Notes: generated by a model from the sequence alone, not told the origin. Positions 1 through 8,406 are shown, numbered from the stretch's first letter. The stretch: DNA of 24,000 nt from Candidatus Bathyarchaeia archaeon (GCA_050013255.1 JBEKFP010000001.1:695048-719047); one strand, 5' to 3'. Program-made: numbers and translations.

Positions 1-369
1 GACTGCAATCCCCGTGAAGGGCACTTCCACGCCCACGGCCCTACAGATCTCAGCAAGCACCCGGTAATTCGTTCCCGCCAAACGGCAGTTTATGTAAGCA
101 ATCCTAACCGGTGCTCCAATCTCTCTCGCTTTCTTCTCAAGTTTGTCAAGCACAAATTTCGTGACAATTGTTTTACCGGTCCCCGTTTTACCGTAAACGA
201 ACAGATTCGAGATCTTAGACTGCTGAAGCGCGGGAGCTAGCATGCCGGCCAAGCGCTGGATATGTTCGTCCCTGTGGGGTAGGTGGCTGGGCATGTAGTC
301 ATGGCGTAAGACATCACGGTCTTCGAAAATGTTGGCGGTCGACAGATATTTGTCGAATAAAGTCTCCAT
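1..369 (-). CDS. cdc6: Orc1/Cdc6 replication initiator, N-terminal 123 codons only (gene continues past window start; absent from ORF track because edge-truncated)
   Basis: Minus-strand ATG at 369..367. Hand translation METLFDKYLSTANIFEDRDVLRHDYMPSHLPHRDEHIQRLAGMLAPALQQSKISNLFVYGKTGTGKTIVTKFVLDKLEKKAREIGAPVRIAYINCRLAGTNYRVLAEICRAVGVEVPFTGIAV stays open to position 1. The LxxDYxPxxLPHR box followed by Walker A GKTGTGKT is the archaeal Orc1/Cdc6 N-terminal signature. Confidence 0.9.
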   Translation of the reverse strand, partial: METLFDKYLSTANIFEDRDVLRHDYMPSHLPHRDEHIQRLAGMLAPALQQSKISNLFVYGKTGTGKTIVTKFVLDKLEKKAREIGAPVRIAYINCRLAGTNYRVLAEICRAVGVEVPFTGIAV

Positions 370-541
370 AACATCTACGGTTGGCGTATTGAAACCTCCA
401 ATGGCAAAGGTGCTATTACATGTTGAAAACTAGCTAACCATTCTTGTACAAGAAAACCAACAAGAGCAACTGGAACTTCAACCGTAAATGAACCATGGAC
501 TCGCAAAAATTGTTGTAAAATCTCAAATGTAACTAGTAAAT

Positions 542-571
542 AACCCCCTCACCCCTACATTTCCACTCCAA
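542..571 (-). repeat. ORB-like origin recognition box (copy 1)
   Basis: Reverse complement reads TTGGAGTGGAAATGTAGGGGTGAGGGGGTT: a dyad-like core AGTGGAAAT, a 2-nt spacer, then a G-string. Confidence 0.55.
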
Positions 572-728
572 ATGTAAGAATAACTCGGGGTGTTTGAGAG
601 ATTGATTAGAAGAACTCTGTGGTGTTAATGCCTTTCACTGGTATAGCGTAATGCGTTTACTCAATTGTATAATATGCTCTAATTTTCATAAATAGCTGAA
701 TTGAGGATTGAGGCATGCTTCAAGGTTT

Positions 729-757
729 GTCCAGTCGAAATGAAGGGGTTAGGGAGG
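729..757 (+). repeat. ORB-like origin recognition box (copy 2, opposite orientation)
   Basis: GTCCAGTCGAAATGAAGGGGTTAGGGAGG has the same core, spacer and G-string as copies 1 and 3, but lies on the plus strand on the other side of the AT-rich core. Confidence 0.55.
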
Positions 758-812
758 CCTTTTCTGAATATTATTGGCAGTCTTAACATGTTGTCATCTG
801 TGGAATGTCACA

Positions 813-837
813 ATAACCCCTCTATTTCCACTGTAAG
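813..837 (-). repeat. ORB-like origin recognition box (copy 3)
   Basis: Reverse complement reads CTTACAGTGGAAATAGAGGGGTTAT. A G-string-less mini copy TACTGGAAATC lies at 849..859 on the plus strand and forms a 7-nt inverted repeat with it (ATTTCCA / TGGAAAT). Confidence 0.5.
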
Positions 838-925
838 CACAAAATTGCTACTGGAAATCTATGCGTTATCCCATCCACAATTAAGTTCAACTTATTACAT
901 GTGAATCGCTAACTGTGTATGTGTT

Positions 926-1318
926 ATGAAGAAGCGTATCAAACTAGAATTCTTTGATCGACAGGGTATGAAACATAGCATTGCAATTGAAGGCGAAGTT
1001 ACAGCCGACAAAGTCAACCACTTGCTAGAGTACGCTGAGATCGTGGCCGGTTCAAATCAGAGAGCCCCATTACTGCCCGGAACCCAGGATAGTAAGATAA
1101 GTAGATTGTTGGATGTAATCAACACGCGGCTAGTGGACCGTAGCTTTGATTCACGTGAAATTTTGCAGGCTTACAGGGAAGCTTGGGGGGATGATTTTAC
1201 GCTCGGGGCCGTATCGACCTACTTGTCCCGTTTGGTTGATCGGGGAACGTTGGAGAGGACTGGTTCGGCGTCCCACTGGTTCTATAAGCTTAAGCCTTCT
1301 CCGACTCTTTCTCCGTAA
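926..1318 (+). CDS. Hypothetical small protein with C-terminal winged-helix-like region
   Basis: 130-aa ATG ORF from the track. The C-terminal half (REILQAYREAWGDDFTLGAVSTYLSRLVDRGTLERTG..WFYKL) has a helix-turn-helix plus wing pattern. No family recognised. Confidence 0.55.
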   Translation: MKKRIKLEFFDRQGMKHSIAIEGEVTADKVNHLLEYAEIVAGSNQRAPLLPGTQDSKISRLLDVINTRLVDRSFDSREILQAYREAWGDDFTLGAVSTYLSRLVDRGTLERTGSASHWFYKLKPSPTLSP

Positions 1319-2027
1319 CCTCCGTGCCGGCGGGCTGCAGGGCAGAACGGGCCGTCTCGCTCAACTTATACCTGAATGGGGCTCGGTTTGATTCGCGGTC
1401 CACATACCCTTCCAAGTACAATTTCTTCATCAGCCGCGAGGTGTGCTCCCTCGACTTCCTTAGCCGTTGCCCTAGTTCGGGCGCCGCCTTCAAGCCTTCA
1501 GCGTTCAAAATCATGAGTGTCTCACGCTCCGTGGGTGTCAACGAGGACAGGATGTCTCCTTCACTGACGACGCCACCCAAGTTCGTGCGTTTAGTCGGGG
1601 GTTGGACTACTGCACCTATGTGTGGCAGGGAGGCGAACCTAGCTTTCAAATTCTCAAGGTCGGCTACGAAACGTTTGTCATTGCTTAGGACTTCTTCGAG
1701 GCGCTTGAGCAGCTGAAGGTTGGACGAGCGAAGCGCCACCTGCTCCCATTCCACCCCACCAATGCGCGTTTTCAAGTCATCCACCTCACTCTGCGCTTGG
1801 CTGACGACGGACTCGGATTGCTCAATGCGGGACGTAAGGGCGTCCACAATTACGTTGATGATTGAGGCTGATTCCATAAGGGCCTGCTTACTTTGTTTGA
1901 AGGCGTGGACAGCCTTGGCTGCTAAGAGGACGAGGATTACGAGGACGGCGGCAGAAACTGCGTCCACAGCGATTGTGAATGGGTCCAAGGTGGATGAGAC
2001 CTTACCGATTAGGTATTTCAAAGTCAT
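1290..2027 (-). CDS. Membrane-anchored coiled-coil protein with C-terminal MarR/TrmB-like wHTH
   Basis: 245-aa ORF with an N-terminal hydrophobic helix (AVDAVSAAVLVILVLLAAKAV) and a long charged helical middle. The C-terminus LTPTERETLMILNAEG..APELGQRLRKSREHTSRLMKKLYLEGYVDRE is typical of a wHTH. Its 3' end overlaps the convergent 926..1318 gene by 29 nt. Confidence 0.6.
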   Translation of the reverse strand: MTLKYLIGKVSSTLDPFTIAVDAVSAAVLVILVLLAAKAVHAFKQSKQALMESASIINVIVDALTSRIEQSESVVSQAQSEVDDLKTRIGGVEWEQVALRSSNLQLLKRLEEVLSNDKRFVADLENLKARFASLPHIGAVVQPPTKRTNLGGVVSEGDILSSLTPTERETLMILNAEGLKAAPELGQRLRKSREHTSRLMKKLYLEGYVDRESNRAPFRYKLSETARSALQPAGTEVTEKESEKA

Positions 2028-2055
2028 TTACACGTGTGATGTCACACTGGTCGTT

Positions 2056-2093
2056 TGACGTCACAATGATGACGCGGTGATGAAAGTATGATG
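2056..2093. promoter_or_regulatory. Helically phased TGA(C/T)G motif array (candidate operator)
   Basis: TGACG at 2056 and TGATG at 2067, 2078 and 2089 give start-to-start spacing of exactly 11 nt, three times over. The array sits in the 2028..2257 intergenic region upstream of the 245-aa wHTH gene. Confidence 0.35.
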
Positions 2094-2257
2094 CCCTCTC
2101 ATATCACAACCTCACGAAACCAGGTTCGCTATGGCTAGATGGAGCTGAGAAAGTCTCATTTTTAGCCTTTCGCAATGTTTGACTTCATTATCGTGATGTT
2201 GGGTGGACGCCTGAAGCTCGATGGATATCACGTGATGTCACGTTAGAGCTAGAACTC

Positions 2258-2854
2258 TTAGCCTTCGAGAGTGTCCTTGAAGCTTTGACGTTTGGCTAGG
2301 GCGGAAATGCTGTCGCGAAGCCTTTGATTCAGTTGTTCGATAGCTTCATGGTCTGTTTGGCCAATTTGTCTAGCTTGTTGGATGTAGCCTTGGATTGTGT
2401 CAGAGAGCTCCGTGAACGGTTGAAGAGAGGGCGTATCGAAAAGCCCTACGTACCCAAGGAGAAGAATGGTGTAAATCGAGCGAATCACATTGTTTTGGGC
2501 TTGAATTAAGGTCCGATTATAAGCGCCACGGCTGACACGTCTCCCGGAGGGCCTAAACAGGCGCCTATGCGCCTTCAATGCCCCTTTTTCGCTTGAGAGA
2601 GAATCGGCGAGAATTGTCTCTAACTGGGGCAGAGTCAGTTGGCTGCTTCGGAGAAGCAGCTTGGTAACGGGATCGCTGAGCGTATCACGAATTGAGGCAC
2701 GAGCCTCTGACACCATATCGGGACGGTCAGACGTATGAACAGCCTCATGGATACGGTTTTGTATTCGCTTAAGGCTTTTTCGACAACTTGGACTTAACCT
2801 ACAAAGTTGCCGCCGAGAAATTGTTCCGTTCCATGATGCCTCCCCATTCTGCAA
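2258..2854 (-). CDS. Hypothetical protein (start uncertain)
   Basis: 198-aa track ORF that is basic and helical, with no motif I recognise. An internal Met (MVSEARAS...) is an alternative start. Confidence 0.45.
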   Translation of the reverse strand: MQNGEASWNGTISRRQLCRLSPSCRKSLKRIQNRIHEAVHTSDRPDMVSEARASIRDTLSDPVTKLLLRSSQLTLPQLETILADSLSSEKGALKAHRRLFRPSGRRVSRGAYNRTLIQAQNNVIRSIYTILLLGYVGLFDTPSLQPFTELSDTIQGYIQQARQIGQTDHEAIEQLNQRLRDSISALAKRQSFKDTLEG

Positions 2855-2937
2855 TGGTGATGTTGAAAGTCATGGAATCTGCAATCTTGAAATACGGCGG
2901 GATTCATGTCGCCTCCTGACAAAGAAGGGGATTCTAG

Positions 2938-3201
2938 TTGGGTAGGCGTAGGAGAAGAGTCGTCAAGGTAGTCAAGAAGAAACTTCCATCCGTTTTCACT
3001 TGCCCCTCATGTGGCGAGGAATCAATACGCGTCAAATTGCCCCAGGGGCCCGGCCCTGCTATCGTTCAATGCGGCGCATGTGGACTCAAACGTGAATTCG
3101 AAGCCACACCATCCAGCCAGATTGTCGACATATACTGCATGTTCACGGACTCCTATTACTCAAAAGAGAAACCGCCCGAAACCCCTCAGCAAACATCGTA
3201 A
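2938..3201 (+). CDS. elf1: Transcription elongation factor Elf1 homologue (zinc ribbon)
   Basis: 87 aa with a TTG start. A basic N-terminus (GRRRRRVVKVVKKK) is followed by FTCPSCG...CGACG and ...QIVDIYCMFTD. This is colinear with eukaryotic Elf1 (FTCxFC ... CxxCG ... IDVYSxWxD). Confidence 0.75.
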   Translation: MGRRRRRVVKVVKKKLPSVFTCPSCGEESIRVKLPQGPGPAIVQCGACGLKREFEATPSSQIVDIYCMFTDSYYSKEKPPETPQQTS

Positions 3202-3288
3202 CCTCCAACGTACTCGTATAATCAGTTGGATCATCCAGCCTCTCAGTGTTAAATTACGGTTAGCCCTTCTGTAAACTGGGCTAGCCTA

Positions 3289-6200
3289 ATGGCAGCAACT
3301 GTTCTCAGCGAGCACGATGCGTATTTCCAACGCCTCAAAGAGCAGTTGGATAGAATTTACGATCTTGCTAGGCAGGCGAGGGCGAAAGGGTTCGACCCCT
3401 CACCAGAACCTGAATCCCTACTGACCCATGATGTCGCAGAGCGTGTCGAGAAGGCTGTTGGCCCAGTTGGAGTAGCGTCCCGAATCCGTGAGCTCTCGGA
3501 TGTCATGCAGCGCGAGCTTGTCGCGCTCAAGATTGCTGAGGAAATTGCCCTCGGCAAGTATGGAGGTATAGAGGAAGGGGCAGCGGAGCAGGCTGTGCGG
3601 ACCGCTTCAGCCATACTAGATGAAGGGGTGACCGCGGCGCCGATAGAGGGAATCTCCAGCGTCCGCATTAGAACAAATCAGGATGGGAGCAGGTATCTTG
3701 CGGTCTACTTTGCCGGCCCCATAAGGTCCGCAGGCGGCACCGATATGGCTCTTATTCTCGTTATCGCCGATTACGTTCGCCATCAACTCGGCTTGGGTAA
3801 GTACAAGGCTACGGAACTTGAAGCGAAACGATTCGTGGAAGAGCTCCGCATCTATGAGAGAGAAGTCGCCAGATTTCAATTCAAAGTCTCGGATGAGGAG
3901 TTGTTCAACGCCATCATGCGGCTGCCGGTGGAGGTTAACGGGGTTGAAACCGACCCGGTCGAGGTGAGCGCGTACCGAAATGTTCCGAGGGTAGATACCA
4001 ACAGAGTCAGGGGTGGGGCGCTCAGGGTCGTTCACGATGGTTTGATTGGGAGAAGCCACAAGGTACTGAAGATTGTCGACAGTCTCGGTATCGAAGGGTG
4101 GAGTTGGCTGAGGGAGATTAAGCCCCCCGTCGCTGAGGCGGAGGAGGCGCGTGAGTTCATGTTCATGGAGGACGTTCTCGCAGGCCGGCCGATATTCTCC
4201 TTCCCACAGTTCACAGGAGGCTTTAGGCTTAGATATGGACGGGCTCGAAACACGGGGCTTGCGGCCATCGGGCTCCATCCATCAACTATGCTGGTCCTTG
4301 GAAAGTTCATTGCAGTTGGGACGCAATTGAGGCTTGAGAAGCCTGGAAAAGCGGGAATTGCTGCGACGGTCGACTCCATCGAACCCCCAATCGTGAAACT
4401 GAACGACGGATCCGTCGTAAGGCTCTTCGACCCTAAGGAAGCGGAAAGGCTGCTTAATTCAATCAGCAAAATCCTCTTCCTCGGTGACATTCTTGTGGGG
4501 TTCGGGGAATTCCTTGAGAACAACCGCCCCCTGCTACCGTCGGGTTTTGTTGAAGAATGGTGGCGTGAACTCGTTAGGCTTGAGGCTGCGAACTACGGCG
4601 GCCTTGAGGCTTTCGCGAAACATGTCGGTGTGAATGGAACCGAACTGATCGATTGGGTTGCAGACTCAGGTGGAACCTTCCCAACCACCGAGGACGCACT
4701 GCGCATCGCGAGACACTCCAAAATACCGTTACACCCGAGGTACACGTACTTCTGGGAGAATATTGCCCCCCAAGACTTCGACCAGTTACGCTCTAGGCTG
4801 ATGGACAAGGGCCAAACAGAAGCCTCCCCTAGGCGAATCGTGACTAGGAAAGAACCCCTAACCAAGGCTATTCTGGAGAACCTCTGCATCCCACACAATG
4901 TCGACGGCGAATCCATTGTAATCGAGGCGGAGGCGCCCATACTGTACGAATGCCTCGGCCTGTCTTCCCCTGCGAAACCACTTGAGGGTGGAGACGTCTT
5001 CCAAAAGATCGCCCAAGCATCGGCCATACAAGTGATGAGGAAGGCCCCGGTTTACGTGGGCGCTAGGATGGGGCGGCCGGAAAAGGCAAAACGGCGGGAA
5101 ATGCGGCCATTAGTCCACTGCCTCTTCCCAGTGGGGTTAGCTGGGGGCCCAAGGAGAAGTATCGTGGAGGCGGCCACGGAGCATTCTGTTATTTCCGTCG
5201 AAATAGCGTATCGTAAATGCGGCGGCTGCGGCAACATAACCCACCTCAACTTCTGTGAAAGATGCGGCGAGAAAACCGCGAAAGTTTTTGTCTGCCCGAA
5301 ATGTGGCGCTGAGGGCGCCAACAAGACCTGCCCCAACTGCCGGAGCATTTCGCGAGCGTACACGGAGAGAAGTGTGCCGCTTAGAGACTTGTTGAATTCA
5401 GCGGAAAGAAAACTCTCCCTGACGGTGATCCCTGAGGCTGTGAAAGGAGTGCGGGGGTTGACTAACGATGCTAAAGCCCCAGAACCCCTCGAGAAAGGCC
5501 TACTACGCGCGAAACATGACGTATCCGTCTTCAAAGATGGGACGGTTCGCTTTGACGCAACCAACGCGCCCCTCACACACTTCAAACCGGCCGAGGTCGG
5601 CGTTGAGGTTGAGAAACTTCAAGCGCTAGGCTACAACGTGGACATGAACGGCGAACCCCTCAAGTCGGCCGAGCAGTGCTGCGCTCTCAAAGTGCACGAT
5701 ATCATAGTGACCGAACAGTGCGGCGACTATTTTGTCAGGGTTGCAAAGTTCCTCGATGAACTACTACAAACCTTCTACGGTCTACCCCCATTCTACCAAG
5801 CAAGAACGAGGCAGGACATAGTCGGCCAACTGGTCGTCGGCCTCTCACCCCACACCTCAGTCGGAGTCATAGGCCGCATAATCGGCTTCACCCGCGCCGC
5901 CGTCTGCTTCGCACACCCCTTCTGGCACGCTACCAAGCGCAGGGATTGTGACGGTGATGAGGATTCTGTTAGCTTAGCTTTGGATATTTTGCTGAATTTC
6001 TCGAGGCAGTATCTGCCTTCAAGGATTGGGGGTATTATGGATGCGCCGCTCTTGTTGTCGGCGGCCATCAAGCCCAGCGAGATTGCACGTCAGGCCTTCA
6101 ACCTTGAAACCGTGCAGCGCCTACCACTGAAATTTTTCGAGGAGACGCAGATACGTACGGATCCGAAGGCGTTGACGGGGTTAATCGAGACGGTGCAGAA

Positions 6201-6705
6201 GAAGCTTGGCTCCGACGCCGTCTTGGGATCGCTTGGGTTCACGCATGACACTCATGACTTTAACAGCGGAAACCTGGAAAGCGTGTACAAGAAGCTGGGG
6301 TCGATGCTCGACAAGTTGACTCTGCAACTCAAGCTCGCCGAGTCAGTTAAGGCGGTGGCAGCGGGGGAGGTTGCGAAACGAGTTCTCTCAACACATTTCA
6401 TGCGGGACTTGACCGGAAACCTGAAGGCTTTTGCCAGTCAGCGGTTCCGGTGCACTAAATGTAATGCGAAGTATCGAAGGATACCGTTGAAGGGGGTCTG
6501 CCCCCGTTGCGGCGGCAAACTATCCCTGACTGTCTACAGGGGCAGCGTGGAAAAATACTTGACCGTAGCGCAGGATCTGGTCAAGCGATACAATCTAGGC
6601 AAATACCATGAACAACGCCTACTCCTCCTCCATGAGGAAATTAATTCACTCTTCAACGAACAGGAGGAAAAGAAGAAACAACCTACGCTCGCGCAGTTTG
6701 TGTGA
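3289..6705 (+). CDS. polC: DNA polymerase II (family D) large catalytic subunit DP2
   Basis: 1138 aa, the typical DP2 size. It has the KRRDCDGDEDSVSLALDILLNFS block, an internal Cys cluster (CGGCG..CERCG..CPKCG..CPNC) and a C-terminal zinc finger (CTKCNAKYRRIPLKGVCPRCGG). No intein-sized insertion is evident. All antisense track ORFs inside it look like shadow ORFs. Confidence 0.93.
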   Translation: MAATVLSEHDAYFQRLKEQLDRIYDLARQARAKGFDPSPEPESLLTHDVAERVEKAVGPVGVASRIRELSDVMQRELVALKIAEEIALGKYGGIEEGAAEQAVRTASAILDEGVTAAPIEGISSVRIRTNQDGSRYLAVYFAGPIRSAGGTDMALILVIADYVRHQLGLGKYKATELEAKRFVEELRIYEREVARFQFKVSDEELFNAIMRLPVEVNGVETDPVEVSAYRNVPRVDTNRVRGGALRVVHDGLIGRSHKVLKIVDSLGIEGWSWLREIKPPVAEAEEAREFMFMEDVLAGRPIFSFPQFTGGFRLRYGRARNTGLAAIGLHPSTMLVLGKFIAVGTQLRLEKPGKAGIAATVDSIEPPIVKLNDGSVVRLFDPKEAERLLNSISKILFLGDILVGFGEFLENNRPLLPSGFVEEWWRELVRLEAANYGGLEAFAKHVGVNGTELIDWVADSGGTFPTTEDALRIARHSKIPLHPRYTYFWENIAPQDFDQLRSRLMDKGQTEASPRRIVTRKEPLTKAILENLCIPHNVDGESIVIEAEAPILYECLGLSSPAKPLEGGDVFQKIAQASAIQVMRKAPVYVGARMGRPEKAKRREMRPLVHCLFPVGLAGGPRRSIVEAATEHSVISVEIAYRKCGGCGNITHLNFCERCGEKTAKVFVCPKCGAEGANKTCPNCRSISRAYTERSVPLRDLLNSAERKLSLTVIPEAVKGVRGLTNDAKAPEPLEKGLLRAKHDVSVFKDGTVRFDATNAPLTHFKPAEVGVEVEKLQALGYNVDMNGEPLKSAEQCCALKVHDIIVTEQCGDYFVRVAKFLDELLQTFYGLPPFYQARTRQDIVGQLVVGLSPHTSVGVIGRIIGFTRAAVCFAHPFWHATKRRDCDGDEDSVSLALDILLNFSRQYLPSRIGGIMDAPLLLSAAIKPSEIARQAFNLETVQRLPLKFFEETQIRTDPKALTGLIETVQKKLGSDAVLGSLGFTHDTHDFNSGNLESVYKKLGSMLDKLTLQLKLAESVKAVAAGEVAKRVLSTHFMRDLTGNLKAFASQRFRCTKCNAKYRRIPLKGVCPRCGGKLSLTVYRGSVEKYLTVAQDLVKRYNLGKYHEQRLLLLHEEINSLFNEQEEKKKQPTLAQFV

Positions 6706-6714
6706 GATGATAGC

Positions 6715-6987
6715 ATGCCAAAGGCCCCTGCGTTCCATCCCAAAGCCTACCTAACATCAAAAAGGAACGTCAAGGCGGGATTACTTTCCCGTTCGAAAAT
6801 CCTGGTCGTTCTTGAGAGGGAGCTGAAAAGCGCGAGTGCCATAGCGAAAGAAGCTTCCCTATCGTACGAATGCGTCACATACCATCTGAAGGCGTTGAAA
6901 AAAGAACGGTTAGTAGACAAGTTGACCAAGACGAAGCCATTCACCTGGGGGCTCACCCCATTTGGGCAACAGAAGCTGCCCACGTAA
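6715..6987 (+). CDS. Small ArsR/wHTH-type DNA-binding protein
   Basis: 90 aa. SKILVVLERELKSASAIAKEASLSYECVTYHLKALKKERLVDKL fits the helix-turn-helix plus recognition helix of ArsR-like winged-helix proteins. Confidence 0.6.
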   Translation: MPKAPAFHPKAYLTSKRNVKAGLLSRSKILVVLERELKSASAIAKEASLSYECVTYHLKALKKERLVDKLTKTKPFTWGLTPFGQQKLPT

Positions 6988-7115
6988 CGCGACGCCTTAG
7001 AGGCTGCATGCATTCAGGGCGAAGGATGGCGAACCCGATGGCATTTCATGAACACACTAAATACGAGCCTACCCATACTTCCTCCATCTCAGAAAATTAA
7101 TGCCGGCGAAACGTA

Positions 7116-7883
7116 ATGCAAACAGAAGTCAAGTACCATCAAAAACCAGAACTAAACAACCCCGTAATGATTTGCGGGCTTCCAGGGATCGGGTCAGTGG
7201 CTTGGCTTGCTGTCAGCCACCTCCAGAAGGAGTTGAAAGCAGAACTTTTCGCTGAGGTTTTTTCTCCCATGTTTTCGCCGAAGGTTTGGCTTACGGATGA
7301 GGGGGTAGTGCAACTGATGAAGGGGGAGTTTCATTTTTGGAAGAACAACGCTGGCGGAACCGACCTGTTGCTCTTCTCGGCAAATGAGCAGCCATATTCG
7401 CCTGAGGGACAGTATGAGCTGGCTGAGGTTGTTCTGGAAATGGGGGAGAAGTTTGGCGTGAGAAGGGTCATCACGATGGGGGGGATGGCTACGGAGAGGT
7501 TCACCGAACAACCGAAAGTGTATGTCGGCGGTACGGATGTTGAGCAGGTGAAGGAATTGGAGGGCTTTGGTGCCGTAAAGCTTGCAGGGGGCGCGATAAC
7601 AGGAACAAACGGCCTAATTTTTGGGTTGGCAAAACCAAGAAAAATGCCTGCTATCTGCCTTCTGGCCGAAACTCCCGGTTACCTAACCCTAGACGCAAAC
7701 GCTGCAAAAGCAGCTTTGCAGCTCGCATCCAAGCTACTAAACATCCCGTTCGACGTGGCAGCGTTGGAAAAGCAGGCCAAAGAGAACGTGGAAGCAGTGA
7801 AACGCGCGAAGGATCTATCCCGAGGAACCTTCCCACCCGAGGCTAAGAAGGGCGGCGAGAGAGAACTCTCGTACGTAAGCTAA
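7116..7883 (+). CDS. PAC2-family proteasome assembly chaperone (PbaA/PbaB-like)
   Basis: 255 aa. The N-terminal NNPVMICGLPGIGSVAWLAVSHL (the GxPGxGxVG-type motif of PAC2/COG1938 proteins), the overall length and the acidic/basic C-terminal tail all fit archaeal PAC2 proteins. Confidence 0.72.
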   Translation: MQTEVKYHQKPELNNPVMICGLPGIGSVAWLAVSHLQKELKAELFAEVFSPMFSPKVWLTDEGVVQLMKGEFHFWKNNAGGTDLLLFSANEQPYSPEGQYELAEVVLEMGEKFGVRRVITMGGMATERFTEQPKVYVGGTDVEQVKELEGFGAVKLAGGAITGTNGLIFGLAKPRKMPAICLLAETPGYLTLDANAAKAALQLASKLLNIPFDVAALEKQAKENVEAVKRAKDLSRGTFPPEAKKGGERELSYVS

Positions 7884-7900
7884 CTCGCCCAGTGTTCGCG

Positions 7901-8062
7901 ATGAAGGTCATGTGCAACCAATGCGGAAAGGTGCTAGATCTTATGGGGGCGACATCCTTCGCATTGGAAGAATCCGGACAACTGAAAACATACCATTTCT
8001 GCACAGATGGCCACATGATGGAATTTGCCCGAAAGAAAGGGTTTCCATTAGGCAAGGATTAA
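7901..8062 (+). CDS. 53-aa TRASH/L24e-like zinc-ribbon mini-protein (below ORF-track length cutoff)
   Basis: Hand translation: MKVMCNQCGKVLDLMGATSFALEESGQLKTYHFCTDGHMMEFARKKGFPLGKD. The pattern CxxCG ... FCxxxH...F resembles the TRASH / ribosomal L24e zinc-finger pattern (CxxC..FCxxxC) with His replacing the last Cys. It lies 17 nt after the PAC2 stop and 47 nt before the ArsR gene. Confidence 0.45.
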   Translation: MKVMCNQCGKVLDLMGATSFALEESGQLKTYHFCTDGHMMEFARKKGFPLGKD

Positions 8063-8109
8063 CTGCCCGCGCAACCCCATACTGGCTGCCGTAAGGGCAG
8101 GATTATTGG

Positions 8110-8406
8110 ATGTCAGCCTCCGAAGATTTGAAGTCAGCCTCCACAACTTTCGCTGCGTTAGGTAACGTTGTGCGGCTTCGCATTCTACTGATGCTGATGG
8201 ATAGCAAGAAACCCTTGCACATTACTGCTGTCGCGAGCAACCTGAAAATGGATTACGGCGGGATTTACAGACACGTCGAAGTTCTAACGGAGGCAGGTCT
8301 CATACAGGTCTATGAGGTGGGTAGGTCGAGGGTTCTCTCACCTCTCAACGTGGATCTTCTGCGCGACCTCGTTTCGAAAGCGAAAAGCTTCAGCAAAAAG
8401 CGATGA
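8110..8406 (+). CDS. ArsR/SmtB-family transcriptional regulator
   Basis: 98 aa. FAALGNVVRLRILLMLMDSKKPLHITAVASNLKMDYGGIYRHVEVLTEAGLIQVYEVGRSRV is the classical ArsR HTH-plus-wing layout. Confidence 0.8.
   Translation: MSASEDLKSASTTFAALGNVVRLRILLMLMDSKKPLHITAVASNLKMDYGGIYRHVEVLTEAGLIQVYEVGRSRVLSPLNVDLLRDLVSKAKSFSKKR

Larger units (their letters stand above)
370..925. other. Putative chromosomal replication origin (oriC) next to orc1/cdc6
   Basis: 556-nt non-coding gap directly upstream of cdc6. It holds three ORB-like boxes sharing AGT(G/C)GAAAT-NN-AGGGGT, two on the minus strand and one on the plus strand, flanking an AT-rich core (641..700 has 17/60 G+C by hand count). The track ORF 701..904 inside it has no coding features. 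Confidence 0.6.

Noticed and set aside
701-904. 67-aa track ORF inside the cdc6-proximal gap
   Set aside because: It overlaps two ORB-like boxes and the AT-rich core. It has Cys/Ser-rich low-complexity composition and no upstream signals. It was treated as a non-coding origin region.
2066-2148. Possible C/D-box sRNA (ATGATGA at 2066, TGATGA at 2078, CTGA at 2145)
   Set aside because: Box spacing is wrong for archaeal C/D sRNAs. Only 5 nt separate the two C-like boxes, there is no D' box, and it is about 60 nt to the putative D box with no terminal stem. The motifs are better explained as the 11-nt phased protein-binding array.
3357-6071. Series of long antisense ORFs (103-220 aa) opposite polC
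   Set aside because: They lie entirely within a confidently identified, uninterrupted 1138-aa DP2 gene. Their Arg/Ser/Pro-rich composition is typical of shadow frames in G+C-rich coding DNA.
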